Below are positions 21,064 through 28,568 of a stretch of 40,339 nucleotides of DNA, in pieces. The notes beneath the pieces are model-generated. The model searched no databases, was not told where the DNA came from, and saw only the letters and a program-made list of their open reading frames with translations. How positions within the stretch are numbered: the stretch's first letter is position 1; each line of letters starts with the position of its first letter. The translations under genes and the position numbers were made by a program. The stretch is from an uncultured Anaerolineales bacterium (GTDB lineage Bacteria; Chloroflexota; Anaerolineae; B4-G1): contig CAZQXX010000002.1 of assembly GCA_964597105.1 (NCBI GenBank), positions 1 through 40,339 of the forward strand. Direction: 5' to 3'.

Positions 21064-22017
21064 TTAGTGCCCTGCTCGCTCGGTGGCGGCCCTCGCGGCC
21101 TCTGTCATCCCTGCTGCCTCCGGAGGCACGTCCTGGACCATAAGAAGTGGCCTCGAGCCGTAGGCAATGAAGTTCAAGGCAATACTGCCGTAGGGCCATT
21201 TCGACTTCCCCGAATAGCCATGAGCCGCCATGACGACCAGATCAACATCCTCTTCGTCCACCACCTCGTGGAGAGTCATAGCCGGGTCATCACTGACCAG
21301 TAAGCGCGTCTCCACCCCTGCATCGAGACGACTGCGCACGTCGTCCAGATAGGCCGTCCCACTCTTTCTGTTCAGCTCAGTGAGCCGGTCCACCAGCCGT
21401 CTCTCCTCATCCGTCGGCGGTGCACGACGTGGGACCTCAGGACGGCTGACAATGTGAACGAGCAACAACTGGGAAGCGTGGAAGGCTGCCAGATTCTTCG
21501 CCCACGGCAACGTGCATTCCGCGCGCTTCGACCCGTCGAGCGGCACCAGCACTTTCCCGTATCTCAGCTCGCTCAACTCATCAGTGACCGACCGATAGGC
21601 CCGCACCACCATCGTGGGTGCATACGCCTCCAGAATCACCTTTTGCACGACGCTGTTGATGTTCCATCGGCTCAGGCCGCTCTTTCCGTGGCTGCTGATG
21701 ACAATGAGGCCAACGTCCTCTTCGCGTGTGTACTCGATTATGCGCCAGGCTGGTTTCCCTTCTTCCAGCACCGTATCGACCCTGAGACCGGCGTCGCGAA
21801 CGCGCTGAGCCACGTCGTCGAGATAGGCACCTGCCTCTGATTTGCGCATGTGCCAGCTCAACGGATCCACAGCTGAGGAACCAGGGCTAGGCTCACGCAC
21901 AACGGCTCGCAGGAGCGTCACCTTCGCGTCGAACGCCTTCCCCACCGCCACGGTGTGAGGCAACACGCATTCGGCAAGAGATGAGCCGTCCAGTGGAACG
22001 AGCAGGTGATCGATCAT
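21064..22017 (-). CDS. Universal stress protein with tandem USP domains
   Basis: 317 aa. MIDHLLVPLDGSSLAECVLPH...LIVISSHGKSGLSRW then ...KVLVPLDGSKRAE...LVVMAAHGYSGKSKW. AGGAGG lies 7 nt upstream of the start. Confidence 0.85.
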   Translation of the reverse strand: MIDHLLVPLDGSSLAECVLPHTVAVGKAFDAKVTLLRAVVREPSPGSSAVDPLSWHMRKSEAGAYLDDVAQRVRDAGLRVDTVLEEGKPAWRIIEYTREEDVGLIVISSHGKSGLSRWNINSVVQKVILEAYAPTMVVRAYRSVTDELSELRYGKVLVPLDGSKRAECTLPWAKNLAAFHASQLLLVHIVSRPEVPRRAPPTDEERRLVDRLTELNRKSGTAYLDDVRSRLDAGVETRLLVSDDPAMTLHEVVDEEDVDLVVMAAHGYSGKSKWPYGSIALNFIAYGSRPLLMVQDVPPEAAGMTEAARAATERAGH

Positions 22018-22052
22018 CGCTGAGCCTCCTTACCCAAGACCGGATACATCCT

Positions 22053-22781
22053 CTAGCCTCCGGACGCAATGATGACGACGCCGACGAGAACGCCAGCAGC
22101 CAAGGTGAGTATCGTGTATCGGCGCTCCTGCTCCGCGACCTCTGGAAGAAGATGGGTGGCACCGACGTAGGTGAGCGCGCCGCCGGCGAGGCCCAGCAGT
22201 GTACCGAGCGTCGATTGATCAATCTGACTGACGAACGGGTACGAAATCAACGCCCCCAGTGGCGTGGAGAAGGCCGCCGCCAAGAAGGCATACAGCACGC
22301 TTCTCCTGGTGCTGAATCCTCCTCGCTCCAAGAGCACGAACGTGATGATGCCCTCCGGGAATTCGTGAAAGATCATCCCGAGGGCAGCCAACAAGCCGGT
22401 GAAGACACTGACGTTGAACGTGACCGAATAGATCGCGCCGTCGATCAAGGAGTGGACTCCAATGCCGAGCATAGGAATAAGGCCCACTGCGTAATCAGGA
22501 CACTCATATTCGTGACACAAGTAAAGATGGAGGAAGTGATTCAGTAGATAGAGGCCGAGGAACCCGACCAAGACGAAGACAGGTGCATCCTCGCTCATCT
22601 CCATGGCCTCTGGGATGATGTGCAGGAAGGAGACGGTGATGAGTACGCCCGCCGCGAAACTCACGAAATAGGCGGAGCGCTCCCTGCTCCATGCCTGGAA
22701 ACGGCTGATGACGAGGATGCCCAACGTGGTCACGCCACAGGCAACCAGACTGGCTGCGAGCACGATTATGAACCTATCCAT
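22053..22781 (-). CDS. ZIP-family divalent metal transporter (ZupT-like)
   Basis: 242 aa and multi-TM. Signature motifs HSLIDGAIY and HEFPEGIITFVLL. Confidence 0.9.
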   Translation of the reverse strand: MDRFIIVLAASLVACGVTTLGILVISRFQAWSRERSAYFVSFAAGVLITVSFLHIIPEAMEMSEDAPVFVLVGFLGLYLLNHFLHLYLCHEYECPDYAVGLIPMLGIGVHSLIDGAIYSVTFNVSVFTGLLAALGMIFHEFPEGIITFVLLERGGFSTRRSVLYAFLAAAFSTPLGALISYPFVSQIDQSTLGTLLGLAGGALTYVGATHLLPEVAEQERRYTILTLAAGVLVGVVIIASGG

Positions 22782-22805
22782 ATCCCTCTTCCAGTTCCAG
22801 TGTCA

Positions 22806-22831
22806 CGATTCCATGATTGCTGAATGGAACG
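22806..22831. promoter_or_regulatory. Imperfect palindrome, a candidate operator, upstream of the ZIP transporter
   Basis: The sequence is cgaTTCCATgattgctgaATGGAAcg, with 6-bp perfect arms extendable to 8 of 9. It ends 25 nt upstream of ATG 22781. Confidence 0.3.
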
Positions 22832-23022
22832 CCTCCAGTCCGCATGGGAAGCAGCCATCCCGACATCGGCCACCAGCGTGCCGCGCTCCCGGCAGACGCC
22901 CCACTCGTCAATCTCGTCTTCCACGAGGCGATAGATCGATCTCCGGATCACCGCCTCCCCAGACTGGCGGAGACGGTATTCGAAACATCCGGCACACTGC
23001 CGAGATAGACGCAGAGAGGCCC

Positions 23023-24258
23023 TTATTGACCCAAGCTCTCGGGTCGAGCCGCCAGCTCCACGGTCACCTGCTGGCGCTCCCCATCGCGGAGAATGGTCAA
23101 CTCCACAGCGTCTCCTGGTTGCCGGAACGCCACGTATGCGAGAAGGTCGGTGAAATCCTGGATCTCCTGACCGTCCGCCTCCAGGACGATATCGCCGCCC
23201 ACAGGCACATCCGTGCCCAAAATCTCCTCGGCACCGGCAGCACCCTGAAGCCCCGCCTCGGCAGCCGGTCCACCCTCGACTACGCCGGCAATATACGCTC
23301 CGCGCTGAATCGATAGGTCGTTGGCCTGCTGCACGAGGAGGTTCACCGAGAGGCCCTCCACGCCAAGCCAGGGCCAGGTATAGGACCCTTCTTCGATCAA
23401 TGAGGGCACGACACGTCGTACGACGTCGGACGGAATGGCGAAGCCGACGCCCGTGTTCACGCCCGACCCACCCGACGCAATCTGAGCGTTCACGCCAACC
23501 ACCTCACCGGCGAAGTTCAGCAGCGGGCCTCCGGAGTTGCCGGGGTTGATGGCCGCATCGGTCTGGATGGCCCTCGGGATCTGGAATCGAGTCGCGCCAG
23601 AGGGTATCGCCCGGCCCACCGCGCTCACGATGCCCAGGGACATGCTGCCCCCCAGGCCGAACGGGTTGCCGATGGCCACCACCCAGTCACCGGGCACCAC
23701 AGCCCCGGACTCCGCCAGCGGCAGGGGCGCCACACCCTCGGGCACCTCGTCGACGCGAATGACGGCCAGATCGCTGTCCGTGTCCGCACCGACCAGCTCT
23801 GCCTGGATCTCAAACCCGTTGTGGAAGATGACCGTGACCGCGTCAGCCTGAGCGACAACGTGATTGTTAGTCACGATGTGTCCTTCGTCATCCAGGATGA
23901 AACCAGACCCGCCACCCTGACCCGTCGTTCCACCACGGTTCACATAGATGCGGATGCTGACCACTCCGGGGTTTAGCTGGTCATAGAGCGTCGCCAGAGA
24001 CACCCCTTCCATCTGCGGCATACGCCCCGGGGCAGGGGTCGCTTCACCCTCCGGCTCGTCCGGGCCCACGGTGAGCGTGGGAACCTCCTCCACCACCTCT
24101 TGCGTAATCTCTGACACGGAAGGCGTGTCCTGCTCCCCGGTCTCGACCAAGCCACTCAGTCCTATGCAACCGAGGCTCACTGTCGCAACAACCACGGCAG
24201 CAGCGAGGACCCACACCAACTGCTTGCCCTCCGCCATCACTCCAGGCTGATTGTCCAC
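23023..24258 (-). CDS. HtrA/DegP-family S1C serine protease with an N-terminal membrane anchor and a C-terminal PDZ domain
   Basis: 411 aa. Trypsin-fold motifs are HIVTNNHVV, DSDLAVIRV and GNSGGPLLN. A C-terminal PDZ-like region follows. AAGGAG lies 7 nt upstream of GTG 24258. Confidence 0.92.
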   Translation of the reverse strand: MDNQPGVMAEGKQLVWVLAAAVVVATVSLGCIGLSGLVETGEQDTPSVSEITQEVVEEVPTLTVGPDEPEGEATPAPGRMPQMEGVSLATLYDQLNPGVVSIRIYVNRGGTTGQGGGSGFILDDEGHIVTNNHVVAQADAVTVIFHNGFEIQAELVGADTDSDLAVIRVDEVPEGVAPLPLAESGAVVPGDWVVAIGNPFGLGGSMSLGIVSAVGRAIPSGATRFQIPRAIQTDAAINPGNSGGPLLNFAGEVVGVNAQIASGGSGVNTGVGFAIPSDVVRRVVPSLIEEGSYTWPWLGVEGLSVNLLVQQANDLSIQRGAYIAGVVEGGPAAEAGLQGAAGAEEILGTDVPVGGDIVLEADGQEIQDFTDLLAYVAFRQPGDAVELTILRDGERQQVTVELAARPESLGQ

Positions 24259-24375
24259 TCTCGATCTCCTTGCTTGTTACACGAAATAACCTTAGCCATG
24301 ACATCGACGATCGGATCAACTGATCGTCCCGGAAGCTGTACACTACCCGAAATCGCCCCGGGTCGATGGGCAGCG

Positions 24376-25245
24376 TCATTCACTTCTCTCATAGTAGTCC
24401 CGACACTCGGCCTCCCGGCCCCTGACGACGCGCTTCCCCTCCAGCGGCCCGCGGCCCTCCGTGACGATCGTAGCCTGATCCTCCTCGCCGTCCCGCTCGT
24501 AGTAGATCACGACCCAGTCGTGGGTCTTGTCGAGCTCGTGGGCCCGCTTCGTGTTGGAGTAGAGGGCGGTGAAGGTCCAATTGTCGCGCTGTGTGTTAAG
24601 AATCGGGAGCCACGCCTCTCCTGCGGGATTGAAGCGCTTGGGTGCAATCTTACGGAGCCCTCCGGCCTCTGCCTTGCGCCGGTATTCCTGGTCGACGTCG
24701 AGAAGCGTCCCGACATCGAGCTGCTCCTCCGGTCCCGTATCGCTGCAGCGCCGGCGTCGGCGAGCTGCCGTACTGAGCATTCCGGCCAGACTGACCCGGA
24801 CGTTGCGGACTCTCTCGGGCCCGAAACCCTCCACCTCATCAAGGCGGCCATCGTGAGCTGCCTGCTCCAACTCCTCGAGGGTTGAGACAGCGAGCTCACG
24901 GGCTATCCGCTCCGCCAGCTCCTCGCCGATGCCCGGAACCTGTGTGAACAGATCTGCCGGGGAGACCTCGCCTTTCAGCCGCTCCAGGACATCTGAGCGT
25001 CCGGTGCGCACATAGGTCGCAATGACCCTGGAGATCCCCTCACCGATGTTGGGAAGCTCCTGTAGTGCCTGTCGGCCCCTCTCAGTCACCAGCGCGCTGA
25101 TCGATTCCCGCACGGTGCGCACGGTGAGCGCTGCATCCCGGTAGGCCTGAATCTTGAACCGATTCGCTCCCTGCGTCTCCAGGAGATCGGCGATTTGGTC
25201 GAGGACGTCCCCAATCTGATCGTTTGTTGGCTCTCCGTCCGGCAT
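24376..25245 (-). CDS. Helix-hairpin-helix DNA-binding protein that resembles only the N-terminal part of PolX, plus an uncharacterised C-terminal domain
   Basis: GDVLDQIADLLETQGANRFKIQAYRDAALTVRT parallels the PolX N-terminus in this same window. More HhH-like segments follow. The C-terminus reads KIAPKRFNPAGEAWLPILNTQRDNWTFTALYSNTKRAHELDKTHDWVVIYYE. There is no DxD palm and no PHP domain. I chose ATG 25245 because GGAGGA lies 7 nt upstream; the track start is GTG 25269. Confidence 0.7.
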   Translation of the reverse strand: MPDGEPTNDQIGDVLDQIADLLETQGANRFKIQAYRDAALTVRTVRESISALVTERGRQALQELPNIGEGISRVIATYVRTGRSDVLERLKGEVSPADLFTQVPGIGEELAERIARELAVSTLEELEQAAHDGRLDEVEGFGPERVRNVRVSLAGMLSTAARRRRRCSDTGPEEQLDVGTLLDVDQEYRRKAEAGGLRKIAPKRFNPAGEAWLPILNTQRDNWTFTALYSNTKRAHELDKTHDWVVIYYERDGEEDQATIVTEGRGPLEGKRVVRGREAECRDYYERSE

Positions 25246-25280
25246 ATGGCTATCCTCCGAATCAGTCACCAGCCGCCTAC

Positions 25281-25289
25281 AGTATACCA
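25281..25289 (-). promoter_or_regulatory. Extended -10 promoter candidate TGGTATACT for the HhH gene
   Basis: The minus strand reads TGGTATACT, 35 nt upstream of ATG 25245. It is identical to the 9-mer at 12090-12098. An inverted copy, GTATACC/GGTATAC, occupies 25282-25288 and 25312-25318. Confidence 0.4.
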
Positions 25290-25607
25290 GAGCTCGAAAG
25301 GGCCGACGGACGGTATACGTTGGACCTGGCTTTGCCTTTGGTTGTCACAGTTGGATTTCCGTTGGACGCGCAGCGGGAGATCCATCTCAATCTATGTCAG
25401 AGGAGCCCGACTACATAATGCGTGTCTGCACTCAGACAGACCTACTTCAGCACCCGAAGATCCTCCTCCTTGGGCTCCTCAAGCTCCCGGTCCCCAGCTT
25501 GTCAAGCCAGGCTTCCTTCCTCTCCATACTATCCGGGATGCTGATCAACCTCCTCCAGACACGCTCGCGCTCCAGACCTAACCTCCCTCCCGGCTCGCTA
25601 TAGAATG

Positions 25608-26873
25608 CTAGAAAATGAAGGCCACACCTACCCCGACCCCCAGCACCAGGAGGAATCCCGGCAGCATCTCCCGCCGCAGCGAGGACGATCCGACCGCGAG
25701 GACGATTCCTCCCTTGACCAGGGTATTGGACATCGCCCCAATCACGATGGCTCGAGCGCCCGTCGTCAGGCTTACCCCTCCGTCGGCCCCGCTCAACTGC
25801 GCCATAGAGAGAGTCACGGCGTCCACACTGGGTAGGCCGGAGAAGAAACTCGAGACGTAAACACCCAGGTTTCCGCCGTAAAGACTGGCAGCCTTGGAGA
25901 TGAGCAAGACGACGGCAAACAGAAGCCCGAACTGGAGCGCCGTAGCCAACTCGAAGGGGTTCGAGAACTCAACCTCCTCTTCACCCTCGTCTCCCCGCTC
26001 CGAGAGATAGAGGTACCCGCCGTAGACAAGGCCTGTGACAGCGGCAGCAGCCATGGGGAGCCACAACTGCGCAAGGAGCACCTGGTTCAGGGCCGCGACC
26101 TCGATCAGCACACGGACGAACATCATGGACCACGCCACAATGATGGCCAGCGCAAAGGATCTCCCCAGTTCCTTCTCCTCCTGGCTTCGCTTGGCGAAGC
26201 TGAGAGTGACCGGGGTGCTCGAGACGATCCCGCCAAGGAGGCCCGTCAGGCTCACCCCCTGTCTTGGGCCAACAAGCTTAATCATGACGTATCCGAGAAA
26301 GCTTATGCCCGAGATGAGGACCACCATCAACCAGATCTGATAGGGGTTGAGCACATCAAGCGGGGGAGGACCTATTCCTCGATTAGGGAGCACCGGCAGC
26401 ACAATGGCCGTGATGACGGCGAACTTCAGGGTGGCGTAGACGTCCTCCCGCGTGATCTGCTGGGCGAAAGCGTGCATCTCCGGCTTCAGCGACAGGAGGA
26501 CGGTCGTCGTGACGCCGATCGCGGCTGCCAGCGCCAGGTGGTCCCAATAGCAGAGGGCCCCGGCTGCAAACGCAAGCAACGTTGCCATCTCGGTCGTCAG
26601 ACCAGCACCGTGATGTCGCCAGGCGAACACCAAGTGTGCGATGACCACGAGGGTCGCCACGGGGATGAGAATGCCCACGAACCCCCAGACGGAGCCAACC
26701 TCCTCACCGAGCAGTGCGGCCGTGGCGCCAAGCATCGCAATCAAAGCGAAGGTGCGCACGCCGGCGAAGAGTTCATCCTCCGGGCCCCCATATGAGTACT
26801 CACGCTGGAGACCGATCAACACGCCGATCGCCAGTGCTGCGCCGAAGCGGTAGTAGACGGCAGTAGGTGCCAT
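25608..26873 (-). CDS. MgtC/SapB-family membrane protein with a DUF4010-type C-terminal half
   Basis: 421 aa and polytopic. The N-terminus FGAALAIGVLIGLQRE...AGVRTFALIA is typical of the MgtC family. Confidence 0.85.
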   Translation of the reverse strand: MAPTAVYYRFGAALAIGVLIGLQREYSYGGPEDELFAGVRTFALIAMLGATAALLGEEVGSVWGFVGILIPVATLVVIAHLVFAWRHHGAGLTTEMATLLAFAAGALCYWDHLALAAAIGVTTTVLLSLKPEMHAFAQQITREDVYATLKFAVITAIVLPVLPNRGIGPPPLDVLNPYQIWLMVVLISGISFLGYVMIKLVGPRQGVSLTGLLGGIVSSTPVTLSFAKRSQEEKELGRSFALAIIVAWSMMFVRVLIEVAALNQVLLAQLWLPMAAAAVTGLVYGGYLYLSERGDEGEEEVEFSNPFELATALQFGLLFAVVLLISKAASLYGGNLGVYVSSFFSGLPSVDAVTLSMAQLSGADGGVSLTTGARAIVIGAMSNTLVKGGIVLAVGSSSLRREMLPGFLLVLGVGVGVAFIF

Positions 26874-26914
26874 GAACTCCTTTCTGATTCAGGTCCTGCC
26901 GACGGGTCAGGACA

Positions 26915-27379
26915 TCACGGTCGCCCGTAACGGCCCGTGAGTCCGGCGCGGGCGAGAGCGTGCTCCTCCACCTCGCTCAGCAGCTGGTTGCGACTCGCCC
27001 CCGGGGGTAGACCAAGGGGTTGATCGAGGGCGTAAAGCCGGAAGACGTACTGGTGCGTCTCTCCCATCGGGGGGCAGGGCCCACCGTAGCCGACGTTGCC
27101 GAAGTCGTTCCGTCCCTGGGCGCCGCCCCACGGCAGCATGGGGTCCGCCGGCACACCCTCGGGGAGCTCATCCCTGTCGCGCGGGATAGTGTAGAGAACC
27201 CAGTGGGTGAACGTACCACCAGGTGCATTGGGATCCTCACATACGAGAGCGAACTCCTGCGTCGCGTCCGGCGCGTGGCTCCAGCTGAGAGGCGGGGAAA
27301 CGTCCGCACCCTCACACGTATACCGATCGGGAATCGTATCCTCGGAAGAAAAAGCCGAGCTCGTCAGTAGAAAAGGCAT
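26915..27379 (-). CDS. YbhB/YbcL-family PEBP (Raf kinase inhibitor-like) protein, copy 1
   Basis: MPFLLTSSAFSSEDTIPDRYTCEGADVSPPLSWSHAP...ALVCEDPNAPGGTFTHWVLYTIP...GYGGPCPP.GETHQYVFRLYAL. GGAGG lies 5 nt upstream of ATG 27379. Confidence 0.9.
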   Translation of the reverse strand: MPFLLTSSAFSSEDTIPDRYTCEGADVSPPLSWSHAPDATQEFALVCEDPNAPGGTFTHWVLYTIPRDRDELPEGVPADPMLPWGGAQGRNDFGNVGYGGPCPPMGETHQYVFRLYALDQPLGLPPGASRNQLLSEVEEHALARAGLTGRYGRP

Positions 27380-27481
27380 AACCTCCTCCATCCGCTGTGA
27401 AGCACAAAGTCACTCACAGGTGCTTCAAACCTATGCTTCCATCACCGTTTCTTCGAACAGCAACCTGCCCGTCGACACCAG

Positions 27482-27955
27482 CTAGCGATCGGCCAGGAGC
27501 GAGTAGCGGCCCATCAACTCCGCCTGCTCAAGAACGTGTCCCTCCATCGCGCTCAGGACATCCGCCCTCGTGGCTTCCGGGTCCAGCCCGAGTTCGGCAT
27601 CGAGTGCGTACAGACGAACCACGTAGCGATGCACGTTTCCGTCAGACGGACAGGGTCCGCCGTAGCCGATATTGTCGAAGTCGTTGCGCCCCTGCAGGCC
27701 ACCCGCGGGCAACGATCTCGCCGGGGGGACCCCCTCCATCAACGCGTTGACGTCCGGGGGAAGGCCGTAGACGACCCAATGAGACCACACCCCTTTGACA
27801 GAGTCGATGTCCTCGAAGATCAGCGCAAGGCTCTTTGCATCGTCGCGCACTCCGATCCACGTCAACGGGGGCGACGTGTCGTCACCATCACACGTGTACT
27901 GCGGGGGAATCATCTCTCCATCTTGAAAGGCAGTGCTCCTCAACTCAAGTGCCAC
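27482..27955 (-). CDS. YbhB/YbcL-family PEBP protein, copy 2, a tandem paralog
   Basis: LRSTAFQDGEMIPPQYTCDGDDTSPPLTW...LIFEDIDS..GVWSHWVVYGLP...GYGGPCPSDGNVHRYVVRLYAL. GTG start with AGGAGGG upstream. Confidence 0.9.
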   Translation of the reverse strand: MALELRSTAFQDGEMIPPQYTCDGDDTSPPLTWIGVRDDAKSLALIFEDIDSVKGVWSHWVVYGLPPDVNALMEGVPPARSLPAGGLQGRNDFDNIGYGGPCPSDGNVHRYVVRLYALDAELGLDPEATRADVLSAMEGHVLEQAELMGRYSLLADR

Positions 27956-27981
27956 TGTACCCTCCTACATCCAATGAGCCA

Positions 27982-28010
27982 TTTATAACATCGATCGTGA
28001 CGTTCAACAA
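27982..28010 (-). promoter_or_regulatory. Sigma-70-like promoter candidate for the PEBP-PEBP-mgtC unit
   Basis: On the minus strand, TTGTTG (28010-28005) is separated by 17 nt from TATAAA (27987-27982). The -10 lies about 27 nt upstream of GTG 27955. Confidence 0.35.
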
Positions 28011-28096
28011 TCGCAAGAAACGCGTCTCCAGTGCAGCAGCCTCTGCGCCGCCCGGGTTCGTCGGTCGGGTAAGGCGCCCCTGGTCAACTTGACTGC

Positions 28097-28134
28097 GGCC
28101 GGCAGCGGTAGCGCCTCCTCCACCGCTGCCGGCC
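28097..28134 (-). terminator. Hairpin / terminator candidate after dodecin
   Basis: A perfect 13-bp GC-rich stem joins ggccggcagcggt (28097-28109) and accgctgccggcc (28122-28134) across a 12-nt loop. It starts 19 nt after the dodecin stop. There is no U-tract. Confidence 0.55.
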
Positions 28135-28153
28135 CTCCCTGACGATTCCAGGG

Positions 28154-28360
28154 CTAGTCCTCTCCAACCATGAACGAGATCTTCGTATTGACCCGGTACG
28201 CCGTGATCTCATCGTCCTCGACGATGGCCTGTACATCTTTCAGATAGATCGACTGAATGTTACGAACGGTCTTGGACGCCTCGTCGAGTGCCTTCTGGAC
28301 CGCGTCCTCCCAGCTCTTATCCGACTGTGCGAGTACCTCAATGACCTTCACAACGCTCAT
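28154..28360 (-). CDS. Dodecin-family flavin-binding protein
   Basis: 68 aa: MSVVKVIEVLAQSDKSWEDAVQKALDEASKTVRNIQSIYLKDVQAIVEDDEITAYRVNTKISFMV. This matches the bacterial dodecin pattern (KviE..a.S.kSwEDAv...v..AskT.rni....v.....v.dg.i..Yrvn.kisF). AGGAGGG is upstream. Confidence 0.85.
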   Translation of the reverse strand: MSVVKVIEVLAQSDKSWEDAVQKALDEASKTVRNIQSIYLKDVQAIVEDDEITAYRVNTKISFMVGED

Positions 28361-28568
28361 CGTATTCCCTCCTGTCTGTTGAACTGCCTGAATTCCACAC
28401 CGTCATCGTGCTCGTGCGTACATCACCCCTAGCCTCTTCTGCTCCGTCGATCATCACCTCCTTCATCTTCGTCACCCAACGGTGTCCTTCTACCCAACTT
28501 GAGGTATTGACTGCCGGCAAGGTGGTGCCCCAGCGTGCCAGCAGGTACGGCTCCCATCCGGGCCACGT

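Noticed and set aside
22766-22951. A 61-aa minus-strand ORF upstream of and overlapping the ZIP start, considered as a real gene
   Set aside because: It has a GTG start with no SD and overlaps the ZIP start by 16 nt. The interesting CxxC lies upstream of any start codon. I kept it only as a possible gene remnant, in the finding on the ZIP upstream spacer.
25394-25603. A 69-aa plus-strand ORF with hydrophobic stretches in the mgtC-HhH spacer
   Set aside because: It has no SD. It would be the only plus-strand gene in 40 kb, and its Leu/Pro/Ser-rich content is the complement of the polypurine tracts on the other strand.
28338-28520. A 60-aa minus-strand ORF in the sixA-dodecin spacer. It contains an internal AGGAGG-TG-ATG, so it was considered as a possible uORF overlapping the dodecin start. 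I also considered an FMN riboswitch because dodecin binds flavins.
   Set aside because: The SD-to-ATG spacing is only 2 nt, the product has no features, and the ORF ends 23 nt inside the dodecin gene. I could not find the conserved RFN-element core sequences in the correct order in the 208-bp spacer. An Infernal/Rfam scan would settle this.
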